From Candidatus Woesearchaeota archaeon (GTDB taxonomy: Archaea; Nanobdellota; Nanobdellia; Pacearchaeales; GW2011-AR1), in assembly GCA_964444095.1 (NCBI GenBank), contig CAYUEW010000001.1, forward strand, positions 1 through 52,673: a stretch of 52,673 bases of DNA, in the 5' to 3' direction. The translations under genes and the position numbers were made by a program. Positions 1-9,160 of this stretch are shown piece after piece; positions within the stretch are counted from its first letter, which is position 1; each line of letters starts with the position of its first letter. The notes under the pieces were generated by a model that saw only the letters and a list, made by a program, of their open reading frames with translations, searched no databases and had not been told where the DNA came from.

Positions 1-1
1 A

Positions 2-409
2 ATGTCTTCAAGATTATTTTCAGAAATAAGAGAAAAAAGAAACTTGGCTTATGCTGTGACCGGAGATTCCGATATTAATCAAGATTTTTCATATAATGTA
101 ATTTATGTTGGAACAACAGCAGAGAATGTGGATAAAATAAAAAAACTTATTTTAGAGGAATTTAAAAAAGTGGCAGAGGGATTGACTGAAAAGGAACTAA
201 ATCAAACCAAAGAGCAATTAGTAGGGAATTATAATATCTCTATGGAAGATTCACAAACGCAATTGCTTAATTTGTTAATAAATGAAATAAACGGAGATGC
301 AAAAGAGTTTTATGATTTTGTAAAAAATATTTCTGATGTTAAACTTAGTGACGTGAAAGATTTAGCAAAAATAAAAGACTATAGTTTCTTTGCATTGTTG
401 CCAGAGTAA
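2..409 (+). CDS. M16 (insulinase/pitrilysin) family peptidase, C-terminal fragment; 5' end lies outside the window
   Basis: ORF is open at the window edge. It has the SRLFxEIREKRxLAYAV block typical of the M16 peptidase C-terminal domain. Confidence 0.6.
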   Translation: MSSRLFSEIREKRNLAYAVTGDSDINQDFSYNVIYVGTTAENVDKIKKLILEEFKKVAEGLTEKELNQTKEQLVGNYNISMEDSQTQLLNLLINEINGDAKEFYDFVKNISDVKLSDVKDLAKIKDYSFFALLPE

Positions 410-440
410 AATCTAAAAACCTTCATTCTTAACGTTTTTT

Positions 441-1241
441 ATGTTAATTGTAAAAGTTCCGAGAATTAATGGATTGAATAAAACTGCTGGGTGCGAACGA
501 GCAGGAAATGCTATTTTGGAATCTTTGAAATCAATCGGTTCAAATGAGCAAGGAGTTCCAATTGATGTTAATCTTTTGGATTTAGAAGAGATTCATGTGG
601 ATAATTCTAATCTGGAAAAATCACAAGAGCTTATTTATAAAAATTCTTTGAAGATGTTTGAAACTCAACCAAAGACTATTTTTCTGGGAGGAGACCATTC
701 TATTAGTTATCCAATTGGAAAAGCCTTTTTAGAATATGCTCAACAGACAAATAAGAAACCTTGTCTTATTATTTTTGATGCCCATGCAGATTGTATGCCT
801 CCGATGAAAGAGCCCACACATGAAGAATGGCTTAGGGCGTTAATTGAAAATGGATTTCCTGCAGAAAATATTCTTCTTATTGGTGCAAGAAACATTTGGA
901 AAGACGAATTAAGATTTTTAACAGAAAAAGGAATTAAACAAATTAAAATCAATTCTGTAGTAGAAGATATTGATAATATTGCAGATACGATTATGGAGTT
1001 TGCTAATGGAAAGGAAACATATGTTTCTATTGACATAGATGTAATTGACCCGTCTTTTGCCCCAGCGACAGGTTATCCTTCTGCAGGGGGATTAACCAGT
1101 AGGCAAATGATTTATTTAATTCAGAGGATTAGGAAAATAAAAACATTGAAAGCAGTAGATATTGTTGAAATAAATTCAGAAAAAGATAAAGATAATTTGA
1201 CAGTACAATTAGGTGCAAAGATTTTGAGTGAATTAATATAG
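441..1241 (+). CDS. Ureohydrolase of the arginase/agmatinase family
   Basis: GGDHSISYP, IFDAHAD and SIDIDVIDPSFAPATGYP motifs match the Mn-binding signature of the arginase fold. Confidence 0.8.
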   Translation: MLIVKVPRINGLNKTAGCERAGNAILESLKSIGSNEQGVPIDVNLLDLEEIHVDNSNLEKSQELIYKNSLKMFETQPKTIFLGGDHSISYPIGKAFLEYAQQTNKKPCLIIFDAHADCMPPMKEPTHEEWLRALIENGFPAENILLIGARNIWKDELRFLTEKGIKQIKINSVVEDIDNIADTIMEFANGKETYVSIDIDVIDPSFAPATGYPSAGGLTSRQMIYLIQRIRKIKTLKAVDIVEINSEKDKDNLTVQLGAKILSELI

Positions 1242-1258
1242 TTATATCAAAAAATATG

Positions 1259-1960
1259 TTATTCAGAATAATAATGCTCAATGAGCTTTTTCAGACTTTC
1301 TGCTTTTTTTCCGAGAACTTTTTTTAATTCTTCTTCTGAAGCATTCATAACATTTTTTATTGTCTTGAATTTTTCTAAAAGTTTTCTCGCAGTTTTTGGT
1401 CCAATGCTTGGAAATCCTTCAAGGATAAATTGTAATTGTTCTTTTTGTGTTAATGATTTTTTAGTAACATTTAATGGGGGTTCGGTTTCTTTTTTATTTG
1501 CAAGGAGGTAAATGAACTTAGCAGTATCTTCTGCGTTTTTTGTGAAAATGATTGGAACTTTGTGTTTGAGTAAAATCGAAAGAAGAAATCCTCGCACAGA
1601 ATTTGGATTCATCCCAACCTTCTCTCCTGACTCTGTGTATAATTCTTGTTCATCAATACCTTCAATAATCAAAAGTTTGTCAGGATATTGTTGGAGTTCT
1701 TCTAATTGTTTGAGAAGCCGTCGGTTTATCATAGAATTAATAAAATCTGAAACAGTTTTCCTTTCTATAGCAACATTTTTCACAATATAATCTGCAACTT
1801 TTAATTCTTTGAATTCAACATTTAATCCGAGATTGATAAGTTCTGAAGGTACTAAACAATTTTTCTCTCGATAATCTACGAGCACAGTTGTTCTAATTTG
1901 TTCTTTTTGCGAATGTATCTTTTCTTTTTGTTCTGGAAAGATATTGAATATTTCTTTCAT
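1259..1960 (-). CDS. hef: XPF/ERCC4-type nuclease with C-terminal (HhH)2; nuclease half of Hef
   Basis: ERKTVSDFxxS...L..QL ERCC4 motif and a C-terminal GFPSIGPKTARKLLEKF helix-hairpin-helix. The ATG lies 1 nt after the helicase stop codon. Confidence 0.8.
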   Translation of the reverse strand: MKEIFNIFPEQKEKIHSQKEQIRTTVLVDYREKNCLVPSELINLGLNVEFKELKVADYIVKNVAIERKTVSDFINSMINRRLLKQLEELQQYPDKLLIIEGIDEQELYTESGEKVGMNPNSVRGFLLSILLKHKVPIIFTKNAEDTAKFIYLLANKKETEPPLNVTKKSLTQKEQLQFILEGFPSIGPKTARKLLEKFKTIKNVMNASEEELKKVLGKKAESLKKLIEHYYSE

Positions 1961-1961
1961 T

Positions 1962-3506
1962 TTATTTGAATAATGTTTTTTGTTTTTCTTTTTTATTGAA
2001 TAATTCTTCTTTTATTGAACTCATTGCAGAGTGCATGCTTTTTTCTTTTGCCCGAGAGACATAATAAAAAGTTTCATCTCTTGTTCCTTTGGTTATTAAC
2101 ATAATTAATTTTCCCTTCATTAATCTTGCAGTTCTACCACTTCGTTGTATCTTTCTTATTGCTGATGGAACTGGTTCGTAAAAAATTACTGTGTTAACTT
2201 CTGGGATATCTAAACCCTCTTCTCCAATGCTTGTTGCACAAAGCACATTTATTTCTCCAGAAGAAAATTTTGCAATAATTCTTTTTTGTTCTTTTTGACT
2301 TAATCCAACACCGTCTTTTTTTGTTTGTCCAATGAATACTTCTGATTTGAGTCCAGGTATTTGATTAAATTCATCAGAAATAAATTTGGCAGTGTCTCTG
2401 AATTGTGTAAACACAATAATTTTTGGATTTTCATATTGTGATTTTTCTTTTTGAATTATTTCTTTTATGACTTCTATTTTTGGATGTTCAACTTTTTTTG
2501 CTAAAAGTTCATTTGTTCGTATGAAGACAAAATTAAATTCTGGTTTTGCTACGAGCTTGACTACCCCCTTGCTCTTTTTTTGTCTTGCTTGATTAAATAA
2601 ATCTTTTAAGTATTTGTTAAAACTGAAAAGGGTTTGTGTTTCTAATAATTCTAATGCGTGTTGGATTTTAATTGCTTGTGCACAAGCACTTGCTCCGAGC
2701 ATATAATTATAATTTTTACTTCCTTTTGATAAATTCGTCATTATCTTTTTTTGGAGGTTGATGAGTCCTGTTTTGGAAGACGGGCCCCATAGAACTTTTC
2801 TAAATTTTAATTCTTCCACATACCTTTCAAAAAGTTCTTTGAGAATATGTCGAATCTCTTCAAATTCTGGCGGAAAAGTTACAAGAACTTTTTCGAAAGT
2901 TAATTCTTGTAAATATTCTTTTACGTCTGGACTATTTCGAGTTCTCACTTCAACAGCTTCTACGAAAAGGTTTCTGCAAATTTCTTTAATTTTAGATGTA
3001 TTACTTCCTGGCGACGCAGTAAGCCCCAAGATTTGAGGGTGGTTAGATTGTTGTTTATATTCTCTAGCTAAGTAATTGTAATCATAATTTCTTATACACC
3101 TATGAGCTTCATCTTCGACAAGTAAACAAACATCTTGTAAATTGTAAAGTCTTTTTCTCAAGTCATTTGCTACGCATTGAGGGGTAGAAAAAATAATGTC
3201 TGCGGTGTTCCAAATTTTTTGTCTTTGTTTGGCAGGAATTTTCCCAGTGAATAATTGTATGTCTGCAAATAAATCTGGAAGGTGTTTTGTGAATGTGGCT
3301 AAGTGTTGTTCTGCAAGTGGGCGCGTTGGCGCAACAAAAACTATCTTTTCTCCAGGGAATGTTTTCGACCTTTCAATAGCAATCATTAGAGCAATTAATG
3401 TTTTTCCTAATCCTGTTGGAAGCACAACTAAACAGTTTTTATCTTTGCATGTTTCAAAAATTTGTTCTTGGTATTCTCTTGGGGTAATTCCCTCTAAAAA
3501 TTTCAT
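1962..3506 (-). CDS. hef: SF2 helicase, Hef/FANCM-like helicase half
   Basis: Walker A LPTGLGKT, DEAH box (VEDEAHR) and motif VI QRSGRTAR. Confidence 0.85.
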   Translation of the reverse strand: MKFLEGITPREYQEQIFETCKDKNCLVVLPTGLGKTLIALMIAIERSKTFPGEKIVFVAPTRPLAEQHLATFTKHLPDLFADIQLFTGKIPAKQRQKIWNTADIIFSTPQCVANDLRKRLYNLQDVCLLVEDEAHRCIRNYDYNYLAREYKQQSNHPQILGLTASPGSNTSKIKEICRNLFVEAVEVRTRNSPDVKEYLQELTFEKVLVTFPPEFEEIRHILKELFERYVEELKFRKVLWGPSSKTGLINLQKKIMTNLSKGSKNYNYMLGASACAQAIKIQHALELLETQTLFSFNKYLKDLFNQARQKKSKGVVKLVAKPEFNFVFIRTNELLAKKVEHPKIEVIKEIIQKEKSQYENPKIIVFTQFRDTAKFISDEFNQIPGLKSEVFIGQTKKDGVGLSQKEQKRIIAKFSSGEINVLCATSIGEEGLDIPEVNTVIFYEPVPSAIRKIQRSGRTARLMKGKLIMLITKGTRDETFYYVSRAKEKSMHSAMSSIKEELFNKKEKQKTLFK

Positions 3507-3566
3507 GATGCCTCCTCATAGAATCTAATCAGATGTATACTCTTGCGGATTGGTTTTTAAATAATT

Positions 3567-4214
3567 TTATATGATAAGAATTGAAAGTAAAAATCCTAAG
3601 AGCGTTAAAGAAGCGATAAAACTCCAAAGAGTAATATTTCCGAAGAAAATTTTATTTCCATCTAAATCTGAGATAGGGATTATATTAAAGAGAGCATAAT
3701 AAATGTTTAATTGTGCAAACGTGTGAAATCCAGAGAGATAGCCCACAATTGCTAAAATAAGATTGATTATTATTCCTGTTGCAGCGATGAGTCCGATTTG
3801 ATATTCGGTTATTTCTGAGAAAGAATAAAGTCCGTGTTTTCTTGCAGCTCGATAAACCTTTGGTTTTATGTCGAATACAAGGGAAGCCATCCAGATAAAA
3901 CTAGCAAAAGGGAAGAAAAGCAATTTAGAAATTAATGGAAAAAAAGCTCCTGCGGGAAATGGTTTCTTGAAATGTTGTTCTGCTCTGAATCCGAATCTTT
4001 TAATTTCCCAAAGTTTTACTTCTATTTCTGAATCTAGATAATAAGCAAGGATTTTTTTTACAAATATATTTGCTCCGATAACTAGGAAGATAGATAAGAG
4101 AATTGTTAAGAAAGAATCCCAACTTTTGAGTAAACTTATTGTGAAAGAGAGAATTATAACTATGAGTGCAATTATAATGGCTTCCTTTTTGCTAAGCATG
4201 TTTTTCTTATGCAA
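3567..4214 (-). CDS. Polytopic membrane protein, M50 (site-2 protease)-like but without HExxH
   Basis: Multiple TM segments. The C-terminal NIIPISDLDGNKIF resembles the NxxPxxxLDG motif of M50. No HExxH occurs anywhere in the ORF. Confidence 0.4.
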   Translation of the reverse strand: MHKKNMLSKKEAIIIALIVIILSFTISLLKSWDSFLTILLSIFLVIGANIFVKKILAYYLDSEIEVKLWEIKRFGFRAEQHFKKPFPAGAFFPLISKLLFFPFASFIWMASLVFDIKPKVYRAARKHGLYSFSEITEYQIGLIAATGIIINLILAIVGYLSGFHTFAQLNIYYALFNIIPISDLDGNKIFFGNITLWSFIASLTLLGFLLSILII

Positions 4215-4284
4215 GGATTTTTTATAAAACTTGTTATCAAATTATCATGGAAAATTATTTAAAGAAGATATCCTATTTTTTATC

Positions 4285-4563
4285 ATGCGAATAAAAAAAA
4301 TAACAGAAGTTATGGGTAGTAAAGTTTATACCGATTCTGGAGAATTTTTCGGAGAGGTGGAAGAAGCGAATTTGTCTGAAAATAAGATTGATGGATGGAG
4401 AATTCGTGTCGGAGGAAGTGTTATGTCGTTGATTGGAGGAGCAAAGGGAGTTATAATTCCTCACCAATTTGTGAGAGCAATAAGTGATGTTTTTATAATA
4501 AATAAATCTGCTTTGCCAAGCCCAGATTCTGAGATACAAGAAATCCCAGAAGATTTGATATAA
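4285..4563 (+). CDS. PRC-barrel domain protein
   Basis: MRIKKITEVMGSKVYTDSGEFFGEVEEANL...IDGWRI pattern typical of small archaeal PRC-barrel proteins. The ATG at 4285 is preferred over the upstream TTG of the ORF track. Confidence 0.5.
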   Translation: MRIKKITEVMGSKVYTDSGEFFGEVEEANLSENKIDGWRIRVGGSVMSLIGGAKGVIIPHQFVRAISDVFIINKSALPSPDSEIQEIPEDLI

Positions 4564-4564
4564 G

Positions 4565-5065
4565 ATGCCAGATACGATTTTGCAAAGCCCAGTTTTAACA
4601 AGGTTTATCTTACCTTTTTTATTAGTTTTTTTCATAGTTTTTGCTATTCTTGAAAAAACAAAACTTTTTGGAGAGGGCAAGAAACAATTAAACGCACTCA
4701 TTTCTTTTGTGGTTGGATTGATCTTTGTAAGCGTACTTTATCCTACAGAAGTAGTAAGTAATTTAGTTTTGTTTTTAACAGTAGCATTAGTTTCAATTTT
4801 TGTTATCATGCTAATCTGGGGATTTATTTTTGGAGATGCGAAAGAGGGATTTAAACCTACAGGGTGGATGAAGATAGGACTAGCGATATTTGCAGGAATT
4901 GCATTTCTTGTTGCACTTGTATGGGCAACAGGTGTTTTTGGTAAACTTGGAGAATTATTATTTCAACAATCTTGGAGCGATGCTTTTTGGACAAATCTTG
5001 CGTTCATTGCAGTGATTGCAATTGCGTTGGCATTAATTCTTTCATCAAAGGCTAAGAGTAGTTAA
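4565..5065 (+). CDS. Integral membrane protein, paralog of 5120..5692
   Basis: 4-5 predicted TM helices. It shares the LPFLL(V/I)F..VF.IL.K.KLF block with the next gene and starts 2 nt after the PRC-barrel stop. Confidence 0.5.
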   Translation: MPDTILQSPVLTRFILPFLLVFFIVFAILEKTKLFGEGKKQLNALISFVVGLIFVSVLYPTEVVSNLVLFLTVALVSIFVIMLIWGFIFGDAKEGFKPTGWMKIGLAIFAGIAFLVALVWATGVFGKLGELLFQQSWSDAFWTNLAFIAVIAIALALILSSKAKSS

Positions 5066-5083
5066 TTTTATTTTTGATTTCAA

Positions 5084-5100
5084 CGAAACATATTTAAATA
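5084..5100 (+). promoter_or_regulatory. BRE/TATA-like promoter element (cgaaacatatttaaata)
   Basis: A/T-rich TATA-like box with an upstream purine-rich BRE-like cgaaa, ending 20 nt before the ATG at 5120. Confidence 0.45.
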
Positions 5101-5119
5101 TCTTCGTACAATTTCTTGT

Positions 5120-5692
5120 ATGTTAAAGGGGTTAATTTCATTGGTTTCTTATACTACTAATAGTGAAGGAGCGTTAGGAGAATTATTTACTCAATGGGAA
5201 CAGATTGGTTTCTTTAGTTATCTTTTGCCATTCTTATTAATTTTTGCTTTGGTTTTTGGAATTCTTGTAAAAGTTAAACTGTTCAAAGATAATAAAGCAA
5301 TAAATGGAATTATCGCTTTGGCCGTGGCATTGATGGCAGTGCAGTTTGATATGGTGCCTGCATTTTTTTCACAAATATTTCCAATGATGGGTGTTGCACT
5401 TGCAGTAATTTTAGCATTATTTATTTTGGTTGGTTTATTTATAGATCCTGCTCACCCCGTCATGACTTGGATTTTATTTGGAGTGGGAGCAATTATATTT
5501 ATTGTTGTTTTAGTTAGTGCAGCAGGCAATTTAGGATTGACTGCTGGAACTTGGTGGCAAGACAATTGGGTAACAATTATTGGAGTGGTAATTGTAATTT
5601 CATTGGTTATTGCAGTAATTGCTGGTTCTGCAGAGAAAACAAAGAATCATCCCAAATCAATTATTGCAAGAGAATTTTTAAGCGATAAATAA
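5120..5692 (+). CDS. Integral membrane protein, paralog of 4565..5065
   Basis: 5-6 TM helices and a shared N-terminal block with the preceding gene. Confidence 0.5.
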   Translation: MLKGLISLVSYTTNSEGALGELFTQWEQIGFFSYLLPFLLIFALVFGILVKVKLFKDNKAINGIIALAVALMAVQFDMVPAFFSQIFPMMGVALAVILALFILVGLFIDPAHPVMTWILFGVGAIIFIVVLVSAAGNLGLTAGTWWQDNWVTIIGVVIVISLVIAVIAGSAEKTKNHPKSIIAREFLSDK

Positions 5693-6373
5693 TTATTTTT
5701 TCTTAGCTTTTTTCTTTTGAGTTTTTGAAGGAGTGGTCTTGTGGATAATTTTGTGGTGTCCTGGGACTATTTTAGAAAAAGAATCTTCAATCATGGTCAT
5801 CTCTTTTTTTATGGTTTCTAAATTTTTACCGTAAGAACCAACTCTTTCAAGAATCGCTATTTGTAATTTATCCATTACAGATTCAATTCTTTTTAGTTTG
5901 TCTGTAGCATGTTCTGTTTGAGTTTGTAAAATTGTTTGAATTTCATTTAATTTGTCAATTTGTCTTTCTATTTTTTTTATTTTCTCACTGAAAACCTGTT
6001 CAGAAATTTCAATTATCATATCTGAGCTTTGTCCTGTTTCCATTGGCGGTGTGGCATATCCTTCTTGTTGATACATTTCTTGAGGAGCTGCATATTCTTG
6101 TTGGGGTGGGGCGGTGTATTCTTGTTGAGGGGCATAGTTCTCTTGAGCAACATCCTGAGTGTTAGGTGCATAGGGTGCTTCTACATTTTCTGGCATGGGC
6201 ATTGGTCCAGCAGGAGGGGCATGGGGATCATAAACAGCTTCTTTAATTTTAGATTGATTTAGTGCATCGTTTATATCTTTTGGAGAAACTCTTTGTTGTT
6301 GTAATCTACTCACAATTTCTTGTTCAGGTATCCCCTGACTTTTCATTTGTGAAACTTGTTCTAAAACACCCAT
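5693..6373 (-). CDS. Coiled-coil protein with a Pro/Gln-rich linker, function unknown
   Basis: Small N-terminal helical domain, a low-complexity PQQEY-type repeat region, heptad-like C-terminal half and a basic tail. Confidence 0.45.
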   Translation of the reverse strand: MGVLEQVSQMKSQGIPEQEIVSRLQQQRVSPKDINDALNQSKIKEAVYDPHAPPAGPMPMPENVEAPYAPNTQDVAQENYAPQQEYTAPPQQEYAAPQEMYQQEGYATPPMETGQSSDMIIEISEQVFSEKIKKIERQIDKLNEIQTILQTQTEHATDKLKRIESVMDKLQIAILERVGSYGKNLETIKKEMTMIEDSFSKIVPGHHKIIHKTTPSKTQKKKAKKK

Positions 6374-6415
6374 TTTATATTTTGTTTAGTCCTGGAAACT
6401 TTATAAAAATTCCCT

Positions 6416-6754
6416 TTATGTTAATATTTCTTTTTTTGTAGAAAATTTTGTTGGTCTAAACATTTTTGATTGTTTGTATAAAATTTCTAAATCTTCTTTT
6501 TTTGCGAATTTAGAAAATTCTGTAGATGCAGATTCTAAAAAGGAAATCATTCTTTCCATGCCGTTTTTTAATAATTCAATATCTTTTTTTATCTCTAGCA
6601 TTTTTTCATTTGTTTTTTCTTTCATTTCAATAAGATTTTGTCCAATTAAGAGTAGCCTATCTTTGAGAATTTTTTGTCTTTCTTCTAAACTTCTCACCTT
6701 AGAATTCATGTCTCCCATTTGCTGTCCAGCCTGAGGATTTGTTTCTTCCGCCAT
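6416..6754 (-). CDS. Small coiled-coil protein, function unknown
   Basis: 112 aa, almost entirely heptad-like charged helix. It is transcribed divergently from the pilus ATPase gene. Confidence 0.4.
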   Translation of the reverse strand: MAEETNPQAGQQMGDMNSKVRSLEERQKILKDRLLLIGQNLIEMKEKTNEKMLEIKKDIELLKNGMERMISFLESASTEFSKFAKKEDLEILYKQSKMFRPTKFSTKKEILT

Positions 6755-6836
6755 AAAATGAAGATGTTAAACAACTTTAAAATTGTTGTGTTTGTTTTAT
6801 ACAAAATATTTTAAACAGACGCCACTTTTTTTATTC

Positions 6837-9125
6837 ATGGAATTTGGACAGGAAACTCCTCTTTATTCTTCAGAGGTGCAAAGAGAAGGTGGTGAAGATG
6901 TTCTTTATATTAATTACCTTGGGGCACCTTATGTGCCGGGGTTAGCCGAGTCGCCAGAAGTTATGGGGAGGACGATTGACGCCCTTATAGAAAATCCAAA
7001 TGTGACGAGGATTGTTTTTGTTCAGCAAAAAAATTATAATTATGATTTTAAAGAAACGGCTTTGCTTTTAGAGGTAGCTCAACTTTATATTTATTTTTTA
7101 AAGCAAGAAGAAATTCTGTCTCAGGCAAAGTTAATTACAAATCAACCGCAATTTTTTACACAGCGTTATAATTCTGTATTTTCTTTTTTGTTTTTGTTGA
7201 AACAAGATCCAATTGCTTCCAGGAGTGAATTAGTGAAGTTAATTATTGAAGCAAGAATTCTTTTAGAGAAAATTGGGGTGGATGCGCAAGTAGACCAGAG
7301 GGGTTATATTCATTTTTTAGAAAGATTATTAAGTAAATTGGAATCAACAGGATTGATACAAGAAGCGCTCCCGCATTTAGAAACATATCAAAAAGGAAGT
7401 CGGGGAATTTATTCTAGAATTTTCCAAGCAGATATCATTCCGAATTTTACTTTTACAAGATTAGTTTCTGATTTGCCAGAAGATGTAGAGATTATTGACC
7501 AGTATGAAATTTCAGGAGATAAAGACGATAAGTCGTTTGTAACAATTTTGAAAAGAAAAAATGAATCCAAATTGGTTTATCATCTTAACCCCCCAGAAAA
7601 TACCTTGACAGAAGAGCAGGGAGTTTTGCTTAATCTTGCGAGGGGAGTTTTAATTGAGCACCAGCCCAAGGCAGAGGAGTTTGTTGATACAGAAAGAACA
7701 CGGCAAGTTTTTTTTAATATTTCTAAAGATTTGTTGCAAGATTTGGCTCAAGCGAAAGGGATTAAATTGGGATATTCTGATTTGAATAAGTTGGCTACTA
7801 TTTTGGTAAGGCACACTATTGGATTTGGATTGATTGAAGTTTTGCTTCAGGATAAAAAATTGCAGGATATTGTTTTGAATGCACCAATTCCATTGCTTAC
7901 AATCTTTGTAAGACATCAAGATTATGATGAATGTTCAACGAATATTTTGCCGAGTCAAGAGGATGTTGATTCTTGGGCTGCAAAGTTTAGAATGCTTTCT
8001 GGGCGCCCATTAGATGAAGCTAATCCGATTCTTGATACCCAATTAGAGATTGGAAAGATAAGGGCGAGAATTGCGATTATACAAAAGCCACTTTCTCCAG
8101 ATGGGTTGGCTTATGCTATTAGGAGACATAGAGATGAGCCTTGGACTTTGCCCCTTTTTGTGAAAAACAAAATGATTAATTCTTTTACTGCGGGTTTGTT
8201 AAGTTTTTTAATTGACGGTGCAAGAACACTTCTTGTTGCAGGAACGAGAAGTTCCGGGAAAACATCTTTATTAGGAAGTTTGTTGTTGGAGATTTCTCCA
8301 AAATCTAGAATTATTGTAATTGAAGATTCATTGGAATTGCCTGTAGAATCTTTGAGGAAATTAAAATATGATATTTTAAGAATGAAAGTTAGATCTGCTT
8401 TGTTGAAAACAACCACAGAAGTTTCTGCAGATGATGGAATAAGAACTAGTTTGAGGTTGGGTGATTCTTGTTTAATTATTGGTGAAGTTAGAAGTGTTGA
8501 AGCTAAGGCATTGTACGAAGCGATGAGAGTTGGGGCGTTGGCAAATGTGGTTGCAGGAACAATTCATGGTGCTTCTCCTTATGGGGTTTTTGATAGAGTT
8601 GTTAATGATTTAGGAGTTCCTGCTACGAGCTTTAAAGCTACAGATATTGTGGCGGTTTGTAATCCGATAAAATCCCCAGATGGTTTACATTCTTGGAGAC
8701 GACTTGTGCAATTAACTGAAGTGAGAAAGCATTGGCAAAAAGACCCCATGGAAGAAAAAGGATTTGTAGATTTATTAAAATATAATATTGATAAAGATGA
8801 GCTTGAACCGAGTGATGATTTGATTAATGGAGAGAGTGAAATAATTAAAAATGTGGCATCGAATGTTCGGGGTTGGGCAGGAAATTGGGATGCGGTCTAT
8901 GATAATATTCTTCTCAGAGGAAAAATTAAACAAGAATTAGTAGACACAGCTGAAAAAACAAAAGATTTTGATTTGCTTGAGGCTAAATTTAATACTCTTG
9001 CTAATCATGCATTTCATGAAATTTCTAGCGAAGTGATAGCAGAAACAGGTCTCCCTTTGAGTGAAGATGTTTATCCTAAATGGAAAGATTGGCTTTCTAA
9101 GCAGATTAAGGGTAGAAAGATTTAA
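6837..9125 (+). CDS. Type II/IV secretion-family ATPase (FlaI/PilB/VirB11-like) with a long N-terminal extension
   Basis: Walker A GTRSSGKTS, Asp box IIVIEDSLEL, Walker B-like CLIIGEVRSVEA and His box GTIHGAS. The ATG at 6837 (MEFGQE) is preferred over the TTG at 6783. Confidence 0.85.
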   Translation: MEFGQETPLYSSEVQREGGEDVLYINYLGAPYVPGLAESPEVMGRTIDALIENPNVTRIVFVQQKNYNYDFKETALLLEVAQLYIYFLKQEEILSQAKLITNQPQFFTQRYNSVFSFLFLLKQDPIASRSELVKLIIEARILLEKIGVDAQVDQRGYIHFLERLLSKLESTGLIQEALPHLETYQKGSRGIYSRIFQADIIPNFTFTRLVSDLPEDVEIIDQYEISGDKDDKSFVTILKRKNESKLVYHLNPPENTLTEEQGVLLNLARGVLIEHQPKAEEFVDTERTRQVFFNISKDLLQDLAQAKGIKLGYSDLNKLATILVRHTIGFGLIEVLLQDKKLQDIVLNAPIPLLTIFVRHQDYDECSTNILPSQEDVDSWAAKFRMLSGRPLDEANPILDTQLEIGKIRARIAIIQKPLSPDGLAYAIRRHRDEPWTLPLFVKNKMINSFTAGLLSFLIDGARTLLVAGTRSSGKTSLLGSLLLEISPKSRIIVIEDSLELPVESLRKLKYDILRMKVRSALLKTTTEVSADDGIRTSLRLGDSCLIIGEVRSVEAKALYEAMRVGALANVVAGTIHGASPYGVFDRVVNDLGVPATSFKATDIVAVCNPIKSPDGLHSWRRLVQLTEVRKHWQKDPMEEKGFVDLLKYNIDKDELEPSDDLINGESEIIKNVASNVRGWAGNWDAVYDNILLRGKIKQELVDTAEKTKDFDLLEAKFNTLANHAFHEISSEVIAETGLPLSEDVYPKWKDWLSKQIKGRKI

Positions 9126-9160
9126 GAAAATTTTTTAAAGAGGAAAAGACTTGATTGAAG

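Noticed and set aside
740-1036. Antisense shadow ORFs listed in the track, including 740-1036, 1281-1790, 2758-3528, 4273-4701, 6029-6262 and 6474-6734. Others are 7650-8416, 10256-11956, 21678-22207, 26301-26940, 29987-30547, 32373-33365, 33561-33857 and 35428-36054. The rest are 36678-37421, 40344-41375, 42636-43039 and 43771-51042.
   Set aside because: Each lies entirely inside, and opposite to or out of frame with, a longer ORF that has clear family motifs. Their translations are low-complexity (Phe/Ser/Ile/Leu-rich), as expected from reading AT-rich coding DNA in the wrong frame.
6783-6836. Upstream alternative (mostly TTG) starts proposed by the track at 6783, 4231, 13186, 14575, 17027, 9155, 21259, 27784 and 27846
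   Set aside because: The extensions encode hydrophobic or nonsense-looking leaders, or overlap the preceding gene. Downstream ATGs give canonical N-termini with a sensible TATA or RBS distance.
6755-6836. Weak inverted repeat aacaa-ctttaaaa-ttgtt in the divergent promoter region between the coiled-coil gene and the ATPase gene
   Set aside because: The arms are only 5 nt in a very AT-rich spacer, so it is not distinguishable from chance.
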